From: a virus
DNA: 64,000 nt
Direction: 5' to 3' (one strand)
IMG/VR virus record: IMGVR_UViG_3300040810_000656
Location: 32,993-96,992 of that record
Positions within the stretch are counted from its first letter, which is position 1. Every line of letters starts with the position of its first letter. A program made the translations under genes and the position numbers. A model generated the notes under the pieces. The model worked only from the letters and a program-made list of their open reading frames with translations, was not told the DNA's origin and searched no databases. Positions 19,565-29,594 of this stretch are shown here, piece after piece.

Positions 19565-19784
19565 GAATCTTATCCTTTAATAGGGAAGAAAATTTATTAA
19601 CAGCTTCGTCAAGATTAGCATAAAGATTGTAGCATCTGTGCTTCTCAGACCATACTTGATACTTAGCACTACGCTTAATTATAGCATTCTTCATTACGTT
19701 GTCAATATTGCAAATGGATACACCATCAACATCAAGCGATCCGCCCCCATAAATAACAGCTTTAACGTCTTGTTTAGTCATCAT
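19557..19784 (-). CDS. Hypothetical protein
   Basis: 75-aa ORF overlapping both neighbours, between dnaE-N and dnaQ. Confidence 0.6.
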   Translation of the reverse strand: MMTKQDVKAVIYGGGSLDVDGVSICNIDNVMKNAIIKRSAKYQVWSEKHRCYNLYANLDEAVNKFSSLLKDKIHG

Positions 19785-21346
19785 AATTTAATCTCCATGA
19801 CTTTTGATAGTAGATCAATCCCAAGAATGTCTAGTTTAACTAAACCCAAAGTCTCCAAGTCTCCCATCTCAAACGCCGCCACAGGTACTCCGTTTTTATC
19901 ATTAATCATAGGACATACGTCCTTGAGCCTGTGTTTGGAAACAATCACCCCGGCGGCATGTTTTCCATGAGATTTATTCGTTCCCTCAATCCTAATAGCC
20001 TGTTTAAAAATATCAGCGAGCGGACCCACAAGATTGCCATCGTTATCTTTACGACACCAACCTTCTAGATCTTCTGACTGATTTTCCAATGCCCAATTGA
20101 TAATGCTTTTATCTTCTGACACTTCTAGCTGGTCAGAGATTTCAGCTTCATTGGGAATGCTCTTTGTTATCTCGTTCATTTCGGTAAATGACACAGCGTC
20201 ATTAATTCTCAGCACTTCTTTCAATGCGGCACGACCTTGGAGTCTGCCAAACGTGATCATCTGTGAGACGTTTTCATGACCGTACTTGTCCTTAATGTAG
20301 TCAATAACTTCATCACGATGCTCCGCTGGAACATCAACATCAATATCAGGCAGAGAGATATTGTCTTTGGTATTTCGTCCTTCATTATAGAATCTCTCAA
20401 AAATAAGACCATACTCAATTGGATCTACTTCCGTTATACCAATTAAGTAAGAGACTAAACAGCCAGCAGCAGATCCTCGACCAGGACCAGCAAGCCAGCC
20501 ACGACGTTTAACTTCGTTTACAATATCAGCAACAATAAGGAAATAACCAGATAAATCTGCCTTGAGAATAACATCTAGTTCACGCTTGACGCGATCAGCA
20601 TAGATCTTCTTCACGTTCTCATTATCAACCTTATTGGTTGTCATGATCCTAGACTTCCATCCTTCACGACACAGATGACGAAGATAATCTGGCTGAGACA
20701 TATTTTTAGGAGTAGCAAAAGCTGGAAGAACGGGATTTCTAGCAACTTCATATTCTTCGCACATATCCTCAATACGGTCTAACTTATTGTTATCTTTGGG
20801 TGCATGAAGATAAAATCTATCCGTCTCAAAAAACTTTCTGTTGTCAAATTCTTCATCTGTCTTTAAACGCTTCTTGATCTTGGGTATAGTGGTTTTCATT
20901 CCAGAACATAGAAGCACTCTATGGCATTCTGCGTCTTCTTTAAAAACATAATACACAGGATCAGAAGTGTGGTCATATTTAATAAAACTAGAGCCAAATA
21001 TCTTTCTATATGTTTCATTATTGCTAATACATATAACGTTATTTTTTTTGGATACTAGTTGTAGAGCGTCGATTGTTTGATTAGAAACACATGCAATAAC
21101 GTCAAACCATCCATCATGATTCGTTGCTATAAGCATATAATCACCAAAGTCACAACCAATAATTGGTTTGATTCCATGCTTTTTACATGCCGAGTGGAAG
21201 TCCACCGCACCAGAAATAGTCTTCATGTCAGCAAGAACGCATGATGTATAGCCAAGCTCTTTGGCTCGCTTGGCTAACTCATTACATTTAGAAAAACCAC
21301 TCAACAAACTAAAATGCGTCTTACAGTTAATCGCAATCTTAGGCAT
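19781..21346 (-). CDS. dnaE: DNA polymerase III alpha subunit, N-terminal half (degenerate PHP plus palm)
   Basis: THFSLLSG; GIKPIIG; GPGRGSAAGCLVSY; LIFERF; PDIDVD; HAAGVIVS; GLVKLDILG just before the stop. Confidence 0.95.
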   Translation of the reverse strand: MPKIAINCKTHFSLLSGFSKCNELAKRAKELGYTSCVLADMKTISGAVDFHSACKKHGIKPIIGCDFGDYMLIATNHDGWFDVIACVSNQTIDALQLVSKKNNVICISNNETYRKIFGSSFIKYDHTSDPVYYVFKEDAECHRVLLCSGMKTTIPKIKKRLKTDEEFDNRKFFETDRFYLHAPKDNNKLDRIEDMCEEYEVARNPVLPAFATPKNMSQPDYLRHLCREGWKSRIMTTNKVDNENVKKIYADRVKRELDVILKADLSGYFLIVADIVNEVKRRGWLAGPGRGSAAGCLVSYLIGITEVDPIEYGLIFERFYNEGRNTKDNISLPDIDVDVPAEHRDEVIDYIKDKYGHENVSQMITFGRLQGRAALKEVLRINDAVSFTEMNEITKSIPNEAEISDQLEVSEDKSIINWALENQSEDLEGWCRKDNDGNLVGPLADIFKQAIRIEGTNKSHGKHAAGVIVSKHRLKDVCPMINDKNGVPVAAFEMGDLETLGLVKLDILGIDLLSKVMEIKL

Positions 21347-22244
21347 ACTTCAATAATTCCTCTCTAGTTGTTTTCAATTGTTCCTTAATCTTATCAATAC
21401 CAATAGAATCTCTAGCACAAACAACTTCAGCAAGATATTTACCTATCCATTTTGGATTAAGTACTGTCATGTTGTAGATTGCAACATTATTAGAAATTTC
21501 TGAACATTGTTTAGAATTGATGCTATTTAAAGTAATAGATAATGTTTTGTCTAGAATACTCCAAGGAGTTCTAGCAAACGGTGCATTTAGATAATACCAT
21601 AAAGGAGGAAGGTTGTCAACTAAGGGAATAGCTCCCATTTTTATTGTTTCAAAAAACCTAAATGTTTCAGGGCTGTTTGCCCCATGTGGACACAAAACAA
21701 TTTTAGAATCATTAATAAGATGAATATAAGCTTCATGACCTAACCCCTTATTAAAACCATCAGTATACATAACTTTATATTTAAATTTCATGCCAGAATT
21801 TAACATTAAATTATCTAAGTTTCTTTTAAAACAATCTCTTGTTCCAGTTTTTGGAATTTGACCGACAAAAATAAAATCGTAATTTCTTTCTGGCAGAGGT
21901 TTGGGGTCTGGCATATTTGAAAAATCAGCAAAAGTTCCTATAGGCATAGGATAAACTAAGTTGTTCGTAGGATACAATCTTTGAAATTTATCCAACCAAG
22001 GATAATTTTGAAATATCATATGGACATCAGAAACAAACAAATCACATGGATTTATGTGTATTTCTCTTGATGTGGAAATTTGTATATTTAGCTTGTCATC
22101 GTAAAATTTAGGCCAATCTTGCTGATCATATTTTACAACGACACGATAATTATTTGGCAATGCTTGAGCAAGTTCCTTGGCTACCTCTAAGGTATAAACA
22201 TTGCCCTGATCAAATTCTTGATGAATGTCAATTAATTCTGCCAT
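21339..22244 (-). CDS. Exostosin/GT47-like glycosyltransferase
   Basis: YDFIFVG; SKIVLCPHGANSPETFRFFETIKMGAIP. Confidence 0.7.
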   Translation of the reverse strand: MAELIDIHQEFDQGNVYTLEVAKELAQALPNNYRVVVKYDQQDWPKFYDDKLNIQISTSREIHINPCDLFVSDVHMIFQNYPWLDKFQRLYPTNNLVYPMPIGTFADFSNMPDPKPLPERNYDFIFVGQIPKTGTRDCFKRNLDNLMLNSGMKFKYKVMYTDGFNKGLGHEAYIHLINDSKIVLCPHGANSPETFRFFETIKMGAIPLVDNLPPLWYYLNAPFARTPWSILDKTLSITLNSINSKQCSEISNNVAIYNMTVLNPKWIGKYLAEVVCARDSIGIDKIKEQLKTTREELLKYA

Positions 22245-22885
22245 TATATTTTTCTAAGTTTTCCTGTTCCATCGTTTGTAAATACTACTTGATTTTTTTG
22301 TTTTGTTCTATTTTTAGCAACTGCTCTTATTCTAGTAGGTGGATCATCGGTATCTTCTTGGTTTATTTTTCGATATTCTATACTATCTTCCCATAGAAAA
22401 CTCATTTGCATTTGGTCTAGAAAATATGGCTCTAGATTTTTAAGTTGAGATGGATACCACGCTTCTAGTAATTTAGTTTTCTTCTTTGTATACAGTAATT
22501 CACTAGTAATATCATCAAAGTATAGCCACCATTTGTGCTCTTCAAAATTTCCAAATACTAGATTATCAAATAGAGGAGTTGGAACTTCTATGTATCCACG
22601 TTTTCCTATCCTCATCAATTCAGACATATATACTTCCATATCATCTACATGCTCAGTCACATGACTAGCTATGACAAAATCAAATTCCTTATCTTCAAAT
22701 GGAGTCTTAGAAGCATCAGACTGAACAAATCTTTTACCTGGATATAAGCTGCTATGATCTTTTATGTCTAAAATAGTATTAGCTTGACTCCAGGCATTTG
22801 AGCCTCCACCCAAGTCTACAATTTTCCAATCTGGATTTTTATTAAGCAGCCCTTCTATATATTTTTTTGAAGTTCTTTTTATCAT
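22244..22885 (-). CDS. Class I SAM-dependent methyltransferase
   Basis: IVDLGGGS; DASKTPFEDKEFDFVIASHVTEHV; start moved to MIKRTS. Confidence 0.88.
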   Translation of the reverse strand: MIKRTSKKYIEGLLNKNPDWKIVDLGGGSNAWSQANTILDIKDHSSLYPGKRFVQSDASKTPFEDKEFDFVIASHVTEHVDDMEVYMSELMRIGKRGYIEVPTPLFDNLVFGNFEEHKWWLYFDDITSELLYTKKKTKLLEAWYPSQLKNLEPYFLDQMQMSFLWEDSIEYRKINQEDTDDPPTRIRAVAKNRTKQKNQVVFTNDGTGKLRKI

Positions 22886-22886
22886 T

Positions 22887-23909
22887 TTAACCTGGAGCCT
22901 CATAGTAATTGGAATCAAACCCGTCACGCTTCATCTTCTCGGTAGTCTCATCATAACCAAAAGCAATCAAATGTTCTTCTGCATACTGACACATTGACGT
23001 ATTTGTTCCAGGCCACTTAGTCTTATAGAAATTGCATAATTTTGTACACTTGAAACTTTTACGGTCTTTTGAGCAAGGCTGTGGAAAATCGTTTCTTGTA
23101 ATAGACTTCCATCGTTTCTCCAACATACCAAGGAATTTTTGCTGATCCTCTTTGTCAAAGCACATGCTAAAAGGACCGCCATCTCTAATGAAAAAGATAG
23201 ACATGATAGCCTGATCGTATTCTGGAAAGAGTTTAGATATGGCGTAGTTATATAGAAGAAGCTGTGGGTCTTCGCATAGTTTTTCATATGTCTTTTCTTC
23301 TCCGGTAGCCCAGTTTAGGCGACGACCAGTTTTCCAGTCGATTACTTCTATAACACCATCATCTACTTCTGTTACGAAGTCAATAGTACCTTTAATAGAA
23401 AGCTGACCTTCTGCTTCTTTGCCTTTGCTATCCTTGTACTTAAATTTTGCCCACGGTTCCTCAATAGGAATATCGAAATGCGGTTCCGCAGCGACGATCT
23501 TTCTGTTTCTTGGATCGAACTGACCATCATTGTATTCAATTGCTGTTTGAACAAGCTCATCACAGAATCTATAATCAGCATCAGTATATTCATGAATGCA
23601 CTTATTAGTATAAGACACATATGCTTCTTTTAAAATTTTAGCTACGAACCTTTTAGTATACAAAGCCTTTGGAGTACATTGAATTCCTCCAATGGCATCA
23701 TCTACTATTTTCAAGGTTTTAGCATCTGGATTATCTTGCTGCTCTTTTTTAAGTGTAGCAAGAACTTCCATTACCTTATGCACAATAGTTCCAAGCTGTG
23801 CCTTTTTACCAGACGGAGACTGATACCCCAACACGTATGTAAAGTAATATTGCATCTGACAGTATTCATAACCATTGTATGATGACGATCTAATGTACGG
23901 ACAGAGCAT
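22887..23909 (-). CDS. PD-(D/E)XK exonuclease (Cas4/RecB/AddB-like), probable Fe-S cluster
   Basis: SSSYNGYEYC; LGTIVHKVME; IKGTIDFV; VIDWKTG; QLLLY; C-terminal Cys cluster CTKLC. Confidence 0.85.
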   Translation of the reverse strand: MLCPYIRSSSYNGYEYCQMQYYFTYVLGYQSPSGKKAQLGTIVHKVMEVLATLKKEQQDNPDAKTLKIVDDAIGGIQCTPKALYTKRFVAKILKEAYVSYTNKCIHEYTDADYRFCDELVQTAIEYNDGQFDPRNRKIVAAEPHFDIPIEEPWAKFKYKDSKGKEAEGQLSIKGTIDFVTEVDDGVIEVIDWKTGRRLNWATGEEKTYEKLCEDPQLLLYNYAISKLFPEYDQAIMSIFFIRDGGPFSMCFDKEDQQKFLGMLEKRWKSITRNDFPQPCSKDRKSFKCTKLCNFYKTKWPGTNTSMCQYAEEHLIAFGYDETTEKMKRDGFDSNYYEAPG

Positions 23910-23912
23910 GTA

Positions 23913-24797
23913 TTACCCCTTTTTAAAAGTATGTATCCCAGTATTATTCTCAGCCTTTGGAGGATCTGGAATATTCTCGTCTCCCAGCCAGCCCCAAGAT
24001 TCTAAAGCTTCCATAATTTCTATATTAACATCATGGATAGTCATTTCTCTATTATCTATAACCCAATCAAATCCTCTATGTCGCCCCATCTGCTTTTCAG
24101 ATTCATCATTGTCTTTAAAAGGGTTGCGGCATAGATGTATTACCTTGCCTCCAGCCTTTTGAATGGCTTCAACTTCATTGACGAATCTACAATCATCAAT
24201 CACAGCAACTAAAGGTTGTTCTAAGGCGATTCTTTGCATGGTATTTTCTAGCCAAATATCATCATAAACTTTTCTACATAGGCCAGTTCCAAACCATTGC
24301 AGAAATTCACGATGGGTAAGCTTTCCAGGTTCATGGTATATAAGTGTGCCATCTTCTATAAGTTTCTTTATTACTGTGCTTTTTAAGGCGTTTTGGTCAG
24401 TAACAACTCCAGGCATGTCTTCCCATCTATAGTGTGTATTTGTATTCTTCTGAGCATTGTTGCCATAAATACCTTCACGCTTTAAATTAAAAAGATTGGC
24501 GGCAATTTCTTTTAACACCGAGGCAAAAGAATACATCTTAACATAGGGCCACATATTATATCCCGCCCATTCTGCAAACTCAGGGTCTATTCTGTTAATG
24601 TCTAGAAATACACCAGAACCATCAGATTCATTTCCGTTGCTATCTCTAATCACAGTACTAACAGTCAGTCTACCGTCTTCAAGAATTGCAAAGTCGCTAA
24701 TAATATTATTAGCACGAAGTTGATAACCATGAATAAAATTAGCGGCAGTAGTCTTGCCAGCCTGTTTAGTGCCAGCAAAGGCTAGAATTCTAGTCAT
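23913..24797 (-). CDS. Deoxynucleoside monophosphate kinase
   Basis: AGTKQAGKTT P-loop; SFASVLK; REFLQWFGT; DDCRFVNE. Confidence 0.85.
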   Translation of the reverse strand: MTRILAFAGTKQAGKTTAANFIHGYQLRANNIISDFAILEDGRLTVSTVIRDSNGNESDGSGVFLDINRIDPEFAEWAGYNMWPYVKMYSFASVLKEIAANLFNLKREGIYGNNAQKNTNTHYRWEDMPGVVTDQNALKSTVIKKLIEDGTLIYHEPGKLTHREFLQWFGTGLCRKVYDDIWLENTMQRIALEQPLVAVIDDCRFVNEVEAIQKAGGKVIHLCRNPFKDNDESEKQMGRHRGFDWVIDNREMTIHDVNIEIMEALESWGWLGDENIPDPPKAENNTGIHTFKKG

Positions 24798-25824
24798 TAA
24801 TAAGTCCTTTCAATTGAGGTTCTAGTTCTGATTTGACTTGATCGACAGGCATGTCGCCAACATCTTTAGTTGTAATAATAGGACGATAGTAAGAAAACCT
24901 TCGCCCGCATCGTTTAATGATTTGCTGATAAGCTTTTTGACCAGCTTCATCTGAGTCTGTAAGTATGATGACATTCATCACTCCCGATTCTTCAAGTATA
25001 ACTAGCTGCTCTTCACCAATGCTACATCCAAAAATACCAACAGTTTGAGTGTAGCCAGCTTCGTGCATTCTCCAAACATCGCCTTGTCCTTCAACAAGGA
25101 TAACAGAATGAGTATCTTTCATAGTGTTATATGCATGATGTATCCCATAAAACACATTTCTCTTAAATCCCTTACTATATAACCATTTTGGTTTTATTTC
25201 TTCGTTAGTGGCACGACCAGCACATCCAACATAGTTAAAGAATTGATCATATATTGGTGCAACTGCACGACCGCTCATTTGTTTACCAGTTTCGGAAGAT
25301 AAGCCTACGTCAAAATGGTTAAGAATTTCTGATGACCATCCACGTTTAATAAAATATTCTGCTGGTATAGAGAGTCTTGATCTCACTTGCTCTCTTGATG
25401 GCCCACCTTCTTGAGGTTGTGTTTTCTTGCTAAACACATCAAGAGGATCAAAAATATTTACTGGCGTACTTGATATGTCGCAATTATCACCAATCAACGA
25501 CATACAAAAACGTTCTGTCTCATCAAGCGACACATTTCTATGCTTACGATAGGACAATACTCCACGAACAAAACCAAATAAACTATTTGTCCATTCTTGC
25601 TCGCATTGATGCGTCCAACATCTCCAGTTACCTCTTATAGAGTCTCCGTCAGTAAATATGGTACAGGCATTTTCATTATCTCCCCCATGTACTGGACAAG
25701 CACAGGAAAGACGATTAGGATGCTCAACATATTCTATGTTAAGCTTTTCCATCAGTCGCGTTAGATTTGGTTGCTCTGCTAGATTATTACAGATCTGATA
25801 GATCTGATTCTGCGTCAATGTCAT
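24790..25824 (-). CDS. dnaG: DNA primase (CHC2 zinc finger plus TOPRIM)
   Basis: CPVHGGDN...WRCWTHQC; ILVEGQGDV; LTDSDEAG; KDVGD. Confidence 0.92.
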   Translation of the reverse strand: MTLTQNQIYQICNNLAEQPNLTRLMEKLNIEYVEHPNRLSCACPVHGGDNENACTIFTDGDSIRGNWRCWTHQCEQEWTNSLFGFVRGVLSYRKHRNVSLDETERFCMSLIGDNCDISSTPVNIFDPLDVFSKKTQPQEGGPSREQVRSRLSIPAEYFIKRGWSSEILNHFDVGLSSETGKQMSGRAVAPIYDQFFNYVGCAGRATNEEIKPKWLYSKGFKRNVFYGIHHAYNTMKDTHSVILVEGQGDVWRMHEAGYTQTVGIFGCSIGEEQLVILEESGVMNVIILTDSDEAGQKAYQQIIKRCGRRFSYYRPIITTKDVGDMPVDQVKSELEPQLKGLIND

Positions 25825-27247
25825 CTTCTATTTCAAATCCTTCTTGGTTTGCTTGTTGAGGATCGTGGATCTGATTTCGAGTACGGCTTTCCTCAATTTT
25901 CCCAATCGAACCATACATTTTAATGCTAATATAGTCACCGTCATCAAGACCAGAACCATGACGAGCAACAACGGGTACAAGTTTTCTGTTTCCATATTGA
26001 GCGGTATCCTCTGCTATTTCTTCTTCTGATTTCATTTTAAAGATAGTAAAACTAGTGCAAAGCCATATTAATCTATCTGAGCCAGAAACAACATCTGTAG
26101 ACTCTTTAGTTATACCATCACGATTTAACTGAACAAAACTTAAACAAGGAACGTCATATTTTACGCAAAAATTATGCAGCTTAGTTATCTGAAATCCCAG
26201 GACTTGGTATTCCTGCATAGAAGCAGAAATGCCCTCTGAACCCATAAGCTTTAAATAGTCATAAACTATTAGGCAGTCTTTAGTTCTGCCATTCTCGTCA
26301 AAACCAACGTGCTGATAAATCCATTTTCGCATAATAGCAAGAATGTTTTCAAATGACTGACCAGCAATGCTAATATAGTGATAAGGAATACTTTTTAATT
26401 CCTCCACCGCTTTCATTACTTTTTCTCGATCAATTGCGTTTTCAGAAAATTTACCACTAGATATTTTATTGATCTCTACGCCACTAATAGACGCAAGCAT
26501 TCTATTATAATGATCGTCTTTGCTCATTTCGGTGTCCAGCATTAACACAGGAATGTTATGCTCTTTAGAAACATGAACAGCGACAGCATCGCCAAACATA
26601 GACTTACCAGTTTTTGGGCGAGCGGCAATAAGATCTACAGATTTTCTACGCAGTCCTCCACCAATAGATAAATCAAAATGTGGAAACCCACTTGGAATAC
26701 CAACATAGTCTGTTGGGTTCTCACAAAGAAACTCTATATATTCTTCAAGACCGTCCCCAAGCATTTCAGTTGTTTTATTAGAAGACTGATAAAGAGTGCC
26801 AGTTGCGTCTAGAATGGGTTCTTCAACCTTGCCAATTATATCCATTAAGTCTTCGTCGCCAGATACATTCTGTATGTCTTCAGCACATGCTGTAAGAGTT
26901 TTACCTAAATCTCTAGCTAGTTTCAGTTTTGTTATTTTAGACGCATGAATAGAAACATTTTCTTTATGTATTGGAAAATTAAAAAGAGAACGTACAAATC
27001 CAATCTCACGCTTGTTGTGAATCTTTTCATAAACGCCAAGCTCGCTAGCAGTTGATAAAATAGAAGTTAGATCAACTTTGGCATTTTGGTTTATAATTCT
27101 AGAAATGCATGTATAAAGAATTTGATTCATGCTATCAGTAAAATGATCAGCATCTACGAAATCCATTTCTAGATACGCATCTAGTCCGAACTGGCATAGT
27201 CCAGCCAGTACGGCTCGTTCTGAAGCATGATTCTCTAATTTACTCAT
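25787..27247 (-). CDS. dnaB: Replicative DNA helicase
   Basis: SERAVLAGL; AARPKTGKS; DTEMS; VYDYL; VQLNRDG. Confidence 0.95.
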   Translation of the reverse strand: MSKLENHASERAVLAGLCQFGLDAYLEMDFVDADHFTDSMNQILYTCISRIINQNAKVDLTSILSTASELGVYEKIHNKREIGFVRSLFNFPIHKENVSIHASKITKLKLARDLGKTLTACAEDIQNVSGDEDLMDIIGKVEEPILDATGTLYQSSNKTTEMLGDGLEEYIEFLCENPTDYVGIPSGFPHFDLSIGGGLRRKSVDLIAARPKTGKSMFGDAVAVHVSKEHNIPVLMLDTEMSKDDHYNRMLASISGVEINKISSGKFSENAIDREKVMKAVEELKSIPYHYISIAGQSFENILAIMRKWIYQHVGFDENGRTKDCLIVYDYLKLMGSEGISASMQEYQVLGFQITKLHNFCVKYDVPCLSFVQLNRDGITKESTDVVSGSDRLIWLCTSFTIFKMKSEEEIAEDTAQYGNRKLVPVVARHGSGLDDGDYISIKMYGSIGKIEESRTRNQIHDPQQANQEGFEIEDDIDAESDLSDL

Positions 27248-27681
27248 CGTCTAATACATCCATCGCAGACAAACCATTCACGTTTATGGCTCGGGTGGGT
27301 TTTTACTGTTCTACTGCATTTTTGGCATTTTTGCTCAATCATTTTGAATGGCTTTCTTTTTCGTTCTGCAAGAGAAACTTCTGGAGTTTCAATGTTCTTA
27401 TCAGATCCATCGTCATAAAATTTGATTTCTCTCTGGATTTTATTTACAGCAATTCCATTTTTTTTAGAGTTATCGTCTTCTGTACGCATTTTAAATAAAG
27501 AAAAGTCTTCATGATCTTTTTTCTTCTGCGGTGGATCTTTTTTTGGCTGTGGAACAACTGCTTTTTCTACAGAGTTACCTGTGTTTTCTTCCAATAGCTC
27601 ATTTGCTAGCATTATAAGCTCATCATCTCCTGTGTCAATAGCAAGTTTGATTAGCTTCTTAGCTTGTTTTATTTTATCCAT
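27244..27681 (-). CDS. Hypothetical protein with C-terminal zinc ribbon
   Basis: CQKC...CDGC. Confidence 0.6.
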   Translation of the reverse strand: MDKIKQAKKLIKLAIDTGDDELIMLANELLEENTGNSVEKAVVPQPKKDPPQKKKDHEDFSLFKMRTEDDNSKKNGIAVNKIQREIKFYDDGSDKNIETPEVSLAERKRKPFKMIEQKCQKCSRTVKTHPSHKREWFVCDGCIRR

Positions 27682-28142
27682 TATCTTCTCCTAGATAAGT
27701 TGAGTAATATTTCTGATAGTTTTTTAGTATTTTCAATAGAGTGCTCAACAGAAGTTATACGAGCTTGGGCATTTATTTTTACTTTTGTCATCTCCTTAGC
27801 AATCGGATTTTCTTTGATTGCACTGTAATATTTTTCTTGCCACTTAGCATATTGACCGCCATAATTGTTTAGCTTATCCGATATCATATACCATATGCCA
27901 TCATCTGCCCACTCTAGTGCCATTTTCTCTTTCGCTAAAACATTCTGCAAATATTCTGCATATGCAGTAAGACAATAAGCTCCTATGTTGCATTCCTCGC
28001 TTGACAATCTTTTCAGTTGTGCAATATCAAGATTAAGATATTTTTCTACTTCTTCATTGCGTTCGATTTTTAGTCTACCAACACCCTGAATCCAGTTTTC
28101 AATATCTTCTACAAATTTATTGAATCTTTCTTCGCCATTCAT
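27681..28142 (-). CDS. Helical/coiled-coil protein, possibly a UvsY-like recombination mediator
   Basis: All-helical pattern, about 150 aa, near recA; family call is contextual only. Confidence 0.4.
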   Translation of the reverse strand: MNGEERFNKFVEDIENWIQGVGRLKIERNEEVEKYLNLDIAQLKRLSSEECNIGAYCLTAYAEYLQNVLAKEKMALEWADDGIWYMISDKLNNYGGQYAKWQEKYYSAIKENPIAKEMTKVKINAQARITSVEHSIENTKKLSEILLNLSRRR

Positions 28143-28524
28143 CAATATCCTCATTATAGTTTAATTCTATCAAGTCTATATCATTAATCCTACACCACTC
28201 TCTTTTATCATTATCTCTTGCTTTGGCCTGATAAAACTCAAGCTTAGTCTTAAAGAAAAAAGTATTAAACTTATAGTGCTGTTCTCCATGAACTTCTACC
28301 ATAATCTTTCTATTTGGTAAAAACAAGTCAGCACGAAGAACGGTTTTTCGGAATTCGCTTTTACTTCCTGGCAGCGACAACTCTTCAAGAATTCTATCAA
28401 AAGGATAAATTTCTTTAAGTAATGCTCTTGCCTTTAAATGTAGTTTTGATTTTTTTTTGCTGGAAGACTGTGAAGACGTTGGATTCCAAGAGTAAGTTTT
28501 TTCATCAAGCCCTATGATTTTCAT
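28117..28524 (-). CDS. Vsr/DUF559-like PD-(D/E)XK endonuclease
   Basis: LRADLFLPNRKIMVEVHGEQHY; RDNDKREWC..NDIDLIEL. Confidence 0.72.
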   Translation of the reverse strand: MKIIGLDEKTYSWNPTSSQSSSKKKSKLHLKARALLKEIYPFDRILEELSLPGSKSEFRKTVLRADLFLPNRKIMVEVHGEQHYKFNTFFFKTKLEFYQAKARDNDKREWCRINDIDLIELNYNEDIDEWRRKIQ

Positions 28525-29594
28525 AGTGCCTCCTTAATCTTATCCTCCATAAACTTAGCGAGCTTTGGATTTTCATTAAAAAAGTTATATAGGTTTTCCA
28601 TTCCTTGAAATTTAAATCCTTTGAGTATTGATTCTGTATTTTCAGTGTCTATATCTGGATTAATCTCTTTAGCCATTTCTGGAAAATCAGCAAGAAACGA
28701 ACATGTCAACCAAGCACCAGCTTTGTCAATAAACCCAAGCTCTACAGCAAGACTAAGTACTTCTTGAACTTTATCAATGCCATGACCATACCTTATATAG
28801 CTTTGCACATTGCCTCCAGGTGGCCCCATAGAAGAACAAATAATCTTCCAGTTCACAACTTGACCAATTCTATTTTTGTTTGAGTCTATCCAAGGACTAA
28901 CTGCTGAAACCTTTTCTCCACCTCCAGCAATCTCCATTCTAGTATCTGCTTGATATTGAATTTTATTGCCGCCATCTGCCATCTTGGCTTTGCCAAAACC
29001 AGAAGTATTAGCGATGTAATGAGTAATAGCGATAACTAAGCCACGCTGACGAGGTAATAATTGGCCCATCTTTTTTGTGAACACAGACAAAATCTTAGGA
29101 AGTCCCGCACGACCAGGACTCATATCTCCATCTAATTCTTTAGATGGGGTAAGTGAGGATATTGAATCAATCACAAGAATACCTCTATAATAATCTGGAT
29201 GACTCATCATCTTGTATGCAACTTCTAAAAAATACTCTGCCGATAGAGGCTCATCATCTGGATGCACAATCTTCATTTTAGACGGATTAAGACTTGCAAC
29301 GCCAAAGTTCATTTCTTTCAGTCTTCCTTCAACGTCTAGATAAATAATAGGGCGATTTTCAGCTTGGCAATTTGCTATAATTTGCATACTGGTAGTAGTC
29401 TTGCCAGATTTTGGATCTCCAGTAAGAGTGACCCAGCTTCCTTCTTTAATGCCACCACCTAGAGCTATGTCAATAGCTGGACTAACAGATATAACATCAT
29501 AGTTCTTTTTATCTTGCAATACTTTGTCGCCGTCAGAAATGATATTGCCATATTCTTTCATTAGCTTGCTCAAATAGTCATCATTCTTTGCCAT
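28521..29594 (-). CDS. recA: RecA-family recombinase
   Basis: DIALGGGI; GDPKSGKTT; YLDVEGR; VIDSISSL; GGNKIQYQAD; KAGAW. Confidence 0.92.
   Translation of the reverse strand: MAKNDDYLSKLMKEYGNIISDGDKVLQDKKNYDVISVSPAIDIALGGGIKEGSWVTLTGDPKSGKTTTSMQIIANCQAENRPIIYLDVEGRLKEMNFGVASLNPSKMKIVHPDDEPLSAEYFLEVAYKMMSHPDYYRGILVIDSISSLTPSKELDGDMSPGRAGLPKILSVFTKKMGQLLPRQRGLVIAITHYIANTSGFGKAKMADGGNKIQYQADTRMEIAGGGEKVSAVSPWIDSNKNRIGQVVNWKIICSSMGPPGGNVQSYIRYGHGIDKVQEVLSLAVELGFIDKAGAWLTCSFLADFPEMAKEINPDIDTENTESILKGFKFQGMENLYNFFNENPKLAKFMEDKIKEAL

Noticed and set aside
18883-19780. Self-splicing intron interrupting dnaE
   Set aside because: The interval is fully occupied by two overlapping ORFs with no non-coding room for a ribozyme core, and dnaE-C has its own RBS
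17332-21346. Split (trans-splicing) intein in DnaE
   Set aside because: No intein N-terminal block at the end of the N-half and no HN-C/S/T junction at the start of the C-half
22887-23909. CRISPR-Cas system suggested by the Cas4-like nuclease
   Set aside because: No repeat-spacer array or other cas genes seen; stand-alone Cas4/RecB-like exonucleases are common in phage replication modules
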